Shown piece by piece: positions 46,711 through 56,851 of a stretch of DNA of 64,000 bases. Both the position numbers and the translations under genes were made by a program. Each line of letters starts with the position of its first letter. The first letter of the stretch is position 1. The notes under the pieces were generated by a model, which searched no databases, was not told where the DNA came from, and saw only the letters and a list, made by a program, of their open reading frames with translations. Origin of the DNA: Eledone cirrhosa. Taxonomy: Eukaryota. The DNA lies in the NCBI GenBank assembly GCA_964016885.1, contig OZ024740.1, positions 16,864,001 to 16,928,000 of the forward strand, given 5' to 3'.

Positions 46711-48800
46711 GTGGTGGTGGTGGTAGTGGTGGTGGTGGTAGTGGTGGTGGTTGTGAGTGTGGTGGTGGTGGTAGTGGTGGTGGTGGTAGTGGTGGTGGTT
46801 GTGAGTGTGGTGGTAGTGGTGGAGGTTGTGGAGGTAGTGGTAGTAGTGGTGGTGGTAGTAGTGGTGGTAGCGGTAGTGGTGGTGGTGGTAGTGGTAGTAG
46901 TGGTGTGGTAGTGGTGGTGGTGGTAGTGGCAGTGGTGGTGGTATTAGTGGTAGTGGTGGTGGTAGTGGTGGTGGTGGTGGTGGTGGTGGTAGTTGTAGCG
47001 GTAGTGGTGGTGGGGTTGTGGTAGTGGAGGTGGTAGTAGTAGTGGTGGTGGTGGTGGTAGTGATGGTGGTTGTGGTAGTAGTGGTAGTGGTGGTGGTAGT
47101 GGTAGTGGTGGTAGTAGTGGTAGTGGTGGAGTGGTGGTAGTGGTGGTAGTGGTAGTGATAGTGGTGGTGGTAGTGGTGGTGGTGGTGTTGGTAGTGGTAA
47201 TGGTGGTAGTAGTGGTAGTGGTAGTGGTGGTGGTGGTAGTAGTGGTGGTAGCGGTAGTGGTGGTGGTGGTAGTGGTAGTAGTGGTGTGGTAGTGGTGGTG
47301 GTGGTAGTGGCAGTGGTGGTGGTATTAGTGGTAGTGGTGGTGGTAGTGGTGGTGGTGGTGGTGGTGGTGGTGGTAGTTGTAGCGGTAGTGGTGGTGGGGT
47401 TGTGGTAGTGGAGGTGGTAGTAGTAGTGGTAGTGGTGGTGGTGGTGGTAGTGATGGTGGTTGTGGCAGTAGTGGTAGTGGTGGTGGTAGTGGTAGTGGTG
47501 GTAGTAGTGGTAGTGGTGGAGTGGTGGTAGTGGTGGTAGTGGTAGTGATAGTGGTGGTGGTAGTGGTGGTGGTGGTGTTGGTAGTGGTAATGGTGGTAGT
47601 AGTGGTAGTGGTAGTGGTGGTGGTAGTGGTGGTGGTGGTGGTAGTGGTAGTAGTGGTAGTGGTGGTGGTAGTGGTGGTGGAGGTGGTAGTGGTGGTAGTA
47701 ATAGTAGTGGTGGTGGTGTTAGTAGTGATAGTGTTATGGTGGTGGTAGTGGTAGTGGTGGTGGTAGTGGTAGTGGTGGAGTGGTAGTAGTGGTGGAGTGG
47801 TGGTAGTGGTGGTAGTGGTAGTGATAGTGGTGGTGGTAGTGGTAGTGGTGGTGGTGGTGTTGGTAGTGGTAGTGGTGGTGGTGGTGGTGGTAGTGGTTGT
47901 AGTGGTAGTGATGGTGGTGGTAGTAGTGGTAGTGGTGGTAGTGGTGTTGGTAGTGGTAGTGGTGGTGGTGGTGGTAGTGGTTGTAGTGGTAGTGATGGTG
48001 GTGGTAGTAGTGGTAGTGGTGGTAATGGTGGTGGTGGTAGTGGTAGTGGTGGTAGTGATAGTGGTGGTGGCGGTAGTGGTGGTGGCGGTGGTGGTGGTGG
48101 TAGTGGTAGGGGTTGTGGTGGTGGTAGTGGTGGAGTGGTGGTAGTGGTAGTGATAGTGGTGGTGGTAGTGGTAGTGGTGGTAGTGGTGTTGGTAGTGGTA
48201 GTGGTGGTGGTAATGGTAGTGGTGGTGGTGGTGGTGGTGGTGGTGGTGGTGGTGGTGGTAGTGATGGTGGTGGTAGTGGTAGTGGTGGTAGTTTTTTGTG
48301 GTGGTAGTGGTAGTGGTGGTAGTGGTAGTGGTGGTGGTGGTAGTGGTGGTGGTAGTGGTAGTGGTAGTGGTGGTGGTAGTGGTGGTTGTGGTAGTGGTAG
48401 TGGTGGTAGTGTTGGTGGTGGTAGTGGTGGTAGTGGTGGTGGCTGTGGTAGTGGTGGTAGTGGTGGTAGTGGTGATGGTGGTAGTGGTGGTTGTGGTAGT
48501 GGTAGTGGTGGTGGCTGTGGTAGTGGTGGTAGTGGTAGTGATGGTGGTGGTAGTGGTGGTAGTGGTAGTTGTGGTGGTGGAAGTGGTGGTAGTGGTGGTG
48601 GCTGTGGTAGTGGTGGTAGTGGTAGTGGTGGTAGTGGTGATGGTGGTAGTGGTGGTGGTGATGGTGGTAGTGGTGGTGGTGGTAGTGGTTATGATAGTGG
48701 TGGTAATCGTGGTGGTGGTATTGGTGGTGGTAGTGGTGGTGGTGGTAGTGGTAGTGGTAGTAGTGGTGGTGGTGGTGGTGGTGGTAGTGGTGGTGGTGGT
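46711..48800. repeat. (GGT/AGT)n compound trinucleotide satellite (ACC/ACT on minus)
   Basis: Continuous GGT/AGT triplets with an internal ~381-bp duplication (markers at 46871 and 47252). Confidence 0.96.
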
Positions 48801-49301
48801 TTTTATGTTATCAAGTGCCATTCTTTCCCTGGGGTGTCTTTGTGTCTCTGGTTCGTTTGGGATGGATTTAATTTGTAGTTTTCGGGGGATGAATAATGGG
48901 GAAGAGTTAATCCATTTTTCATAGATCTCCGCTTTGTTATTGTTTTGTATCATCTTCCAAAAAGAGAATTTCCTGTTATTAAGAGATGTGTACCATTGTG
49001 GCATTAATTTGTTTTTTATTTGGTAAGTTGTAAGTGTATTAGTGTCATGTGTATTGTCTTTCGTTTGAATAGGGTTTGTGTTGTTATTCAGGTGTGTTTT
49101 GATTGTTTCACATAAGTTATTGATATTGTCGTTGATTTCATAGGATGTGTATTTGGGGATTGTTTCTTCACTTGTAGAGTTTAGTTTGTAGGTGAGTATT
49201 GACAAATTAGAGTTAATTTTTTGTAGTTCTTGGAGTATCTCTTGATTGATGCTGATGAGAGTGGAGTCTGTTTTTGTTTTAGTAGTTGAACCATGGTTCA
49301 A
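48801..49301 (-). pseudogene. Stop-free 167-codon non-repetitive fragment, probably part of a retroelement upstream ORF, running in frame into the satellite
   Basis: Protein-like sequence INQEILQELQKINSNL...WYTSLNNRKFSFWKMIQNNNKAEIYEKWINSSPLFIPRKLQIKSIPNEP. The track's start is TTG, not ATG. The retroelement assignment is inference. Confidence 0.45.
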
Positions 49302-49776
49302 CTAAACACTCTTGCGATATTAACACATTTTGATCTGCTTAACTTCAATGACTGTGCCTGTAAATAACATTAACTTTTCTTCCACATTGACTTTTACGTT
49401 CCACATTATGCACGGTTTTTTTTCCTTTTTCTTTTTTCTTTTCACTTCATAAACCTTGTTTGTAAATAACATTATTCTTTCTGCACCTTCTGTTTAACAT
49501 GTGCGACACCACACTAATACATTTCACTATCATTTGATAATGCATATAAATGCAGAAACCGGTAATAGACAATAATTAAATATAAAAATAGATAAATAAA
49601 TGCCATTGTTAAATAATAAATAAATCAACTAATACCTTAACACTTTACACAAAGTAAAACATTTCGTTTTAATCATTTTCTAACCCAGAAAAAAGAGAGA
49701 GAGAGACAAAAAAAAGGGGGAAAAAAATATTTTTCTTCCTCATAATCGTCTCTTTCTCCCTGTTTTCATATATATA

Positions 49777-49831
<55 letters not shown>

Positions 49832-50074
49832 TAATTTAATATATCAACTAACATAAGCGCACAGATGCACGCCCATGCTAGCAAATACACAGGTTATGTC
49901 ATAGTACCTAGGTGGTTCAATGCAGGAGAATGCAGAACAATAATATAAAAGACGTAAAATAAGAAAATATTTTTTAAAAAAATTTTTTTAAAATTTTTTA
50001 CTTACTTATATATATATCCTAACTCGTGTGCCTCCTCTCCACATTTTATTATTATTATATATATATATATATAT

Positions 50075-51135
50075 ATAAATTAATAAAAACAAAGAAACAG
50101 TTCCTTATATTAAAAAATTCATCATTTTACGATCGTTTCTAGGATATATATGTGTGTGTTGGTATGTATATCATATAGATCTATGTAAACATTTTACAAA
50201 CTATCAGAGGGAATATACATACCTACACATATATATGCTGTCTTCAGAAATAATTGTTTCTACTTTTTGGCACAAAGCCAGCAATTACCCAGTACATTAC
50301 TGGTACTTTATTTTATCGACCCCGTAAGGATGAAAGGCAAAGTTAACCTCGGCAGGATTTGAACTCGGATACGAAAGGGGCGTAACTCTGTGCTACAAAG
50401 CATGTTGTCCGACCCTCTACCGATACTGCCAAAATGATATTTGTTTATTGAAAAATACCAACAAAGATTTAATATAATAGGTCTGTTTGGGAACAGGTTT
50501 TGAATTGACCAATCGAAGAGTAGTAAGTGGTCAAGTTGATAGAATAGTAGTAGTAGAAATTTAATTTAGGGGTAGAAGAATGCAGACTTCAGTTTTGAAT
50601 GGAAATAATATTTTGAATGAAAAGATTACTTTGGGGATGAAAAGAGGTCAAGCCGGTGAAAGGTACACGAAAATTTGATGTTATTAAAGAATAATGCTAA
50701 TGTTGAAATCGAAGGAGAATAAAATTTTAGGATAAATGTGTTAGTGAGAAATACCAATCTTATTAAAAACATAAGGAATTTAGATCTATTTAAAAAGAAA
50801 TTAAATTAATTTAATTAATAGGTATACTACTACTATTCTATCAACTTGACCACTTACTACTCTTCTATTGGTCAATTCAAAACCTGTTCCCAAACAGACC
50901 TATTATATTAAATCTTTGTTGGTGTTTTTCAATAAACAAATATCATTATTTCTGAAGACAGCATATATATGTGTAGGTATGTATATTTCCTCTGATAGTT
51001 TGTAAAATGTTTACAGATCTATATGATATACATACCAACACACACATATATATCCTAGAAACGATCGCAAAATGATGAATTTTTTAATATAAGGAACTGT
51101 TTCTTTGTTTTTATTCATTGTTTTTATTAATTTAT
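50075..51135. repeat. Long inverted repeat (~300 bp arms, 269 bp spacer) with the left arm interrupted by a SINE
   Basis: 50075-50254 plus 50436-50555 match the reverse complement of 50825-51135, with a few substitutions and small indels. Confidence 0.92.
50255..50432 (-). mobile_element. tRNA-derived SINE (octopod-type), family A copy 1
   Basis: Minus strand reads TGGCAGTATCGG (A box)...GAGTTCAAATCC (B box), then gccgaggttaactttgcctttcatccttacggggtcgataaaataaagtaccag. Homologous to 56357-56528 and absent from the other IR arm. Confidence 0.9.
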
Positions 51136-51355
51136 CTTGACTCTGTTTCCCTGTGATTTTCATCGAAAAAATTTTTGAATACATCTTTTCTTTCCATGAT
51201 ATTTGGATTACATTGAGTTCTACATACGGATTGGACACTACCGTATATTTTGGTAGATTTATCTATATATATATATATTATAGATTATGATATATATATA
51301 TATATATATATATTTGTTCTACGGTTCTTATATATCTAATATATATTTATCCTTA

Positions 51356-51356
<1 letters not shown>

Positions 51357-51386
<30 letters not shown>

Positions 51387-51450
51387 TGTATGTATGTATG
51401 TATGTATGTATGTATGTATGTATGTATGTATGTATGTATGTATGTATGCA
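51357..51450. repeat. (TATG)n microsatellite
   Basis: Pure tetranucleotide run. A second run at 51736-51823 follows the RTE 3' fragment. Confidence 0.95.
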
Positions 51451-51539
51451 TATGGAGATATGTATATATATGTATATATATGGAGATATGGAGATATGGA
51501 GATATATATATATGGAGATATGTATATATATGGAGATCT

Positions 51540-51735
51540 CTCTGCACTTGTCGTCACATGGTACCATGGGCCCAGCACTATGTGTCAATAATTGTCACAA
51601 GTGTAGTGTTTGTACCAGAGTTTTCAAGTCGCTGGCTGGACTAAAAAGTCACACTCGCTCAGCGTATCGGTAGGGGTTCTCCTACATGGATATAAAGTAG
51701 TGGCCGTACTCGAAAACGAGTTGGCAGCCACCATA
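51540..51735 (+). mobile_element. Extreme 3' fragment of an RTE-BovB-like LINE (last C2H2 finger + 3' UTR) with (TATG)n tail
   Basis: CSVCTRVFKSLAGLKSHTRS* parallels CQLCARYFRSLAGLKSHIRS at ~54685-54745. The terminal motif tggccgtactcgaaaacgag..gcagcca matches the motifs at 54800 and 55251. Confidence 0.8.
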
Positions 51736-51842
51736 TATGTATGTATGCATGTATGTATGTATGTATGTATGTATGTATGTATGTATGTATGTATGTATGT
51801 ATGTATGTATGTATGTATGTATGAATATTTATGTATATATGA

Positions 51843-54840
51843 TAGAACATTGAATATTAGCTGTTGGAATGTATGGACACTGCTTGACAGTGATTCCTCA
51901 GAATGTCCTGAACGAAGGGCCGCTATTATTGCGAAGGATTTTCATCGTTATGATCTTGACATTGTTGCTTTATCTGAGATGAGGTTACCTGGAGATGGTC
52001 ATCTTACGGAATATTGTGGAAAATATACACTTTTGGAAAGGGGGAGATGAAGTGATTAAAAGAGGGGCTGGAGTATCATTTGCTGTTAAGACTGCTCTTG
52101 TGGATAAGTTGGAAGAATTCCCAGCGGAGATTAGTGACCGTTTTATGTCCATGAGAATTCCGCTGGACAAAGGAAGATATGCACCCTGGTGAGTGTGAAT
52201 GCTCCAACTATGAATTCTGTTGATGAGAAAAAAGTATCTTTCTACCATGCTCTGAAAGGTGTTATAAGAAATATCCCTCAGGTAGACAAGGTTATCGTGC
52301 TTGACTTTAATATTAGAGTAGGTTGGGATTTTAACACTTGGACTGTAATCGGAAGGAGTGGGGTGGGAAAATGTAACCACAATTGTATGTTTCTGCTGTA
52401 AATGTGTGAGGAGCTGGATCTGTGTTACCAACACCATGTTTCCGCAAAAAGAATAAATTTAAGACCTCATGGATGCACCCTGCATCTAAAGAATGGCATC
52501 TTTTGGACTACGTCCAAAATAACTTGCATAAGGAACTAAATTATGTGAAATCACGTGTTAGGCGGAGTCTTTCTCAAATGAAGGATAAGTGGTGGAGTGA
52601 GAAGGCTGGTGAGATACAAGCTGCATCAGATTCCAATAACTCAAAGCTGTTGTACAGTCTCTTGAGTGAAGTTTATGACTCGTCCTCTTCTCTGGTGACA
52701 CTGCTTCGCAGCAACGATGGCAGGGAACTTCTTCGTGACTCACAAGGAATTCTGCGAAGGTGGCGAGAGCACTTTGATGAACTTTTGAATCAACCGTCTG
52801 TCATCAATGAAGATTTCCTCAATCTAATCCCTGAAAAACCTGTGAAAGTAGCTCTCGCTGACCCACCGACTTTAGAAGAAGTTGCAGTAGCTGTCTGGAA
52901 GCTGAACAGTGGAAGGTCTCCAGGTATGGACGGCATATATGCAGAGCTCTTACAATGTGGTGGTGAGAGACTTCTGCGACATCTCCACTCTTTGTTTGGA
53001 AGGATATGGGCAGTGAATCCGTACCTGAGGACTGGATAGATGCAGTAATGGTAGTCTTGATTGTAGAAATTATAGGGGTATGTCATTGCTTTCGGTCGTA
53101 GGAACATTTTTATGTAGGGTGCTCCTGGACACATTCCAGATTGTGTTCTTCCTCAAAGTCAATATGGTTTTCATACTGAATGCGGCACTACTGATATGAT
53201 CTTCTCAGCTAAACAGAGAAATGCATGGAACAAGTTTTGGATCTGTATCAGGTTTTTGTCGATCTAACAAAAGCTTTCGATATTGTTAACAGAAATGCAT
53301 TATGGAAGGTTCTCCAGAAACTTGGTTGCCCTGATAAGTTCCTTGCTTTAGTTAGGTCTTTCCATGACGACATGAAGGCTTGGGTTAATGTCAGAGGTAA
53401 CATGTCAGTGAAAAATGGAGTGAAACAGGAAGATATTCCAGCACCGACCCTGTTTGCCATATACTTTGCGATGGTTTTCTATATTGCATTCAGGAATTGC
53501 GAGCATGGTATTTACATTCAATATCAAACCTCAGCATATTTAACACCAGGCGCTTTGCTGCATAAACAAAAGTATTTACCTCTATCATAAGGGACCTCTT
53601 GTATGCAGATGATTGCGATCTTGTAGCGCACACAGAGAGTGCAACACATATTGAATGCATTTTCTGATGCTTGCACTGCCCTAGGATTAACTGTCAGTCT
53701 CAAGAAAACCGTCGTCATGTACTAACCTGCTCCTGGTAAGCAGTACAGTGAACCAATATCTATGTGTATGGTAAACGACTTGGAGTGATTGATCAGTGTG
53801 TCTACCTGGGAAGCACTGTCAATCGATACAGCAATCTTGATAATGAAATTCCACATAGGATTAGAAAAGTAAGTGATGCTTTCGGAAATCTAGAAAGGTG
53901 CCTCTGGGGTCGGTGAGACATATGCAAGAAGACAAAGGTAAAGGTGTACAAGGCATGTGTGCTTTCTTCTTTTCTGTATGCCTGCGAAACCTGGGTCACC
54001 ACCTTAAACAATTGGAGCATTTCCATCAGATGTGTCTCAGACGGATCCATGGCTTTCACTGGAGGGACCACATCAGTGATGTCGAGATTTTGGAAAGCTC
54101 TCTGTGTGAAAGCATAGAAACTCTAAAGCAAAGACACCGATGGAGTGGACACCTTGCCAGGATGAAGGATTCTAGAATACCAAAACCACTCTTTTGTGGA
54201 ACGTTAGTTAAAGGAAAGCGACCTCCACATAAAGCAAAAAGATGTATAAGGATTCGTTGAAAGCTTCTTTGAAAGACGCTAACATCTCTGCTGATACATG
54301 GGAAAGCGTAGCTGCTGATCGTAATAAATGGAGAAAGACTGGAAATGAGGGGAAAGTTGCCTTTGAAGCATCTCGAATCGCATACGAGAAAGTAAAAAGG
54401 GATGTGAGGAAAGGCTGCTGCATTTCCAGACAGCAAAAGTCCTCCTATGGCGCTGACATGCAGCGTCTGTGCGAGATTCTGCCTTAGCAAAGCTGGACTC
54501 GAAAGTCATCTTCGTAATCATAAAGTGAGACAAGTGGTTGACTACCAGGCTGCTGTTAGAGATGTTACTCATCATGCTTGCCAAGCATGTGGAAAAGAGT
54601 GTAGATAAGCAGGAGGGCTCAAACGACAGGCAAAAGTATATGAACTCCAAACACACCCAGCTATTGCCAGTGAATGTTTTGGTTGCCAACTCTGTGCAAG
54701 ATATTTTAGATCATTGGCTGGGCTAAAAAGCCACATTCGATCGCAGCACCGTTAATTATTAATATATACGTGCATGTTTTTTATTGTTTTTTTTTATTGT
54801 GCAATGGCTATACTCGATAACGAGGGTGCAGCCAGCATGT
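51843..54840 (+). mobile_element. Decayed RTE-BovB-like LINE (APE + RT + three C2H2 fingers) with frameshifts, stops and an internal deletion
   Basis: TLNISCWNVWTLLD..PERRAAIIA..DIVALSE, KTSWMHPASKEWHLLDYV, RWREHFDELLN, RSPGMDGI, FVDLTKAFD, GVKQ..APTLF, LLYADD (~53600) and RWSGHLARM are spread over different frames. It ends in a 3' stem-loop and (TATG)n. Confidence 0.92.
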
Positions 54841-54969
54841 ATACATGTATATATGTATGTATGTATGTATGTAAGTATGTTTGTATGTATGTATGTATAC
54901 ATGTATGAGACAACGGCTATCCAAAAGTGTGTATACACATGTACCACTCGGTTATACACATGTATATAC

Positions 54970-55292
54970 ACATGTACCGCGCGGTTAAACCACTGGGAGT
55001 GAAGGACCCATAGCCTTTGTCAGGGCACTCTTCTAGAAGGCAACTCAGGAAACTGGGATAACTCCGATATAAAACCTGCGGCTCAGTAGTTACCGATGAT
55101 GTTGATCTTTTCTTCTTTTCAGGTTATAGCTACTGTCGCTCACAGAGTGTGATTGGCTCAGTGCACAGTCTTTTCTCACTTTAAAAAAAATCTTCACGCA
55201 CAGGTATTTCACGATGGAATTAATTAATAATTATTAATAATGGTATATCGTGCAATGGCCATACTCGATAACGAGGGTGAAGCCATCATCAT
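54970..55292 (+). mobile_element. Short non-autonomous RTE derivative (5'-UTR-like segment joined to an RTE 3' end)
   Basis: gacccatagcctttgtcagggca..ctagaagg..aactccgatataaaacctgc is homologous to 56575-56650 (minus). It ends in gcaatggccatactcgataacgagggtgaagcca plus (TATG)n, as at 54800-54840. Confidence 0.6.
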
Positions 55293-55310
55293 GTATGTAT
55301 GTATGTATGT

Positions 55311-56050
55311 ACGTTTCTCTTTCTCTTAATTTCGAGTACATTTTTGACCGGCCACCTTCCTGGTGGCAAGGTTGTAAAAGAAAAGAAATTGTCATCCCTT
55401 GAATCACAAGAATGTTTTACAAATTGTGACGGCGCCTACTATTGCGGCCATTTGTAGTCTATGAACTAGGGAGCTGCGCTCTTTGTCCACAAATCCATGT
55501 TCAGTCATACTTTGGTCCAAGTGGGTTGGTATATAACCTGTAGCTCCAATAATGATGGGTATGAAGCTGAAAGTGTATCTTGGATACTGGATCTGCAAAC
55601 TCCTCATCAATTGTTCGTAGATCTCCTTCTCTTGTACATTTCTGACAACGTTTACATCAAGTGGGCAGCTGATCTCTACAACAGAGCACATTTTCAATGT
55701 GTTGTCCCAAACAACAATATCAGGCCGGTTGTGCTTAAATTTGGTGGCAGTTTTTATTTTCTGGTTCCACCAGTATCCCTTAGTGCCATCTGTCTCAATA
55801 TATTCTTCCTCGTTTGTTGTTAATTTTGTTTTCCGAAGTGCGTTCCAGATGGTTCTAGCTATCCCATCGTGTCTCATGGGGAGGTAGTAGCGAGACGACA
55901 TTCTTTCACAGTTGGCAACAATGTGGCTAACATCTTCGATATTTGTTTTACATAGCCTACATTTATTGTCGACTGCTGGCCTTCCTCTTTTGGGTAGTAG
56001 ATATTTGGTAGGGATTTCTTGTTCCTGTATAACATAGAGATATCCTTCAG
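55311..56050 (-). mobile_element. 5'-truncated R4/Dong-like non-LTR retrotransposon: CCHC knuckle + restriction-like endonuclease
   Basis: One frame reads EGYLYVIQEQEIPTKY..CRLCKTNIEDVSHIVANC..RHDGIA..YWWN..HNRPDIVVWD..VVEISCP..IPIIIGATG, with the stop ending at 55404. A short 3' UTR abuts (CATA)n. Confidence 0.88.
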
Positions 56051-56189
56051 GATATGTTATACAGGAACCGTAAAGCGAAACTTACTACATATGATATATA
56101 TATATATATGTAACAAAGGAATTGTGGTAAGGAACCAGATGGACCATAACGCACCAGAGTACTCAATACTTAGGGTAGTAGAGTGGGAA

Positions 56190-56303
56190 ATAGGAAAAAG
56201 TATGACCCCGACGGCAGAGCTCAAGCCCTTTCGACGGCTATTTCTGGGTCCAGAAATAGCCGTCGAAATGGCTTGAGCTCTGCCGTCGGGGTCATACTTT
56301 TCC

Positions 56304-56307
<4 letters not shown>
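56190..56307. repeat. Near-perfect 118-bp palindrome (58-bp arms, 2-nt centre)
   Basis: 56190-56247 versus 56250-56307, with two mismatches (56195/56302 and 56228/56269). Confidence 0.95.
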
Positions 56308-56335
<28 letters not shown>

Positions 56336-56356
56336 ATGTATATGTGTCATTATATA

Positions 56357-56528
56357 TGGCAGTATCGGTAGTGTGTCGGACGCCATGCTTTGCAGCAAAG
56401 AGTTACGACCCTTTATGATCTGAGTTCAAATCCCGCCGAGGTTAACTTTGCCTTTCATCCTTACGGGGTCGATAAAATAAAGTACCAGTAATGCACTGGG
56501 ATAATTGCTGGCCTTGTGCCAAAAGTAT
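56357..56528 (+). mobile_element. tRNA-derived SINE (octopod-type), family A copy 2
   Basis: tggcagtatcgg A box and gagttcaaatcc B box. The body is homologous to 50255-50432. Confidence 0.9.
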
Positions 56529-56574
56529 GATATTTACCAAAAAGAAGAACAAGTCAACATCATTGGATACCATC

Positions 56575-56851
56575 AGGGTTGCAGGTGTTATATCAGAGTT
56601 TTCCTTCTCCTAGAATTCTGCCTTGACAAAGGCTAAGGGGTCATCTCTCCCGGTGATTTTGGATGGCCATTGACTCTTAAGAGCTCCTTTGCCCTTTGAC
56701 AGGTTTTGATTTTAGTTCTGCAGGATGTCCAAAGTCACCCTCCTCATCAAGAAACCTTCGTGGGGTTGCCAGTTTAGTCGCCAACGACCCGACCATGAGA
56801 CAGGTTGTACTGGGATACATGTTACCAGTAGCACCAACTGGTGACCTGACC
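56575..56851 (-). mobile_element. RTE-type 5' UTR fragment with a structured 5' leader
   Basis: Contains CTAGGAGAAGGAAAACTCTGA, a motif I recognise from RTE 5' UTRs, and shares sequence with 54995-55080. It starts directly after a (TATG)n tract. Confidence 0.65.

Noticed and set aside
42261-50960. Hammerhead cores at CTGATGA/CTGAAGA (42261, 49252, 50952)
   Set aside because: I could not find a stem II followed by GAAA and a cleavage triplet in the right arrangement.
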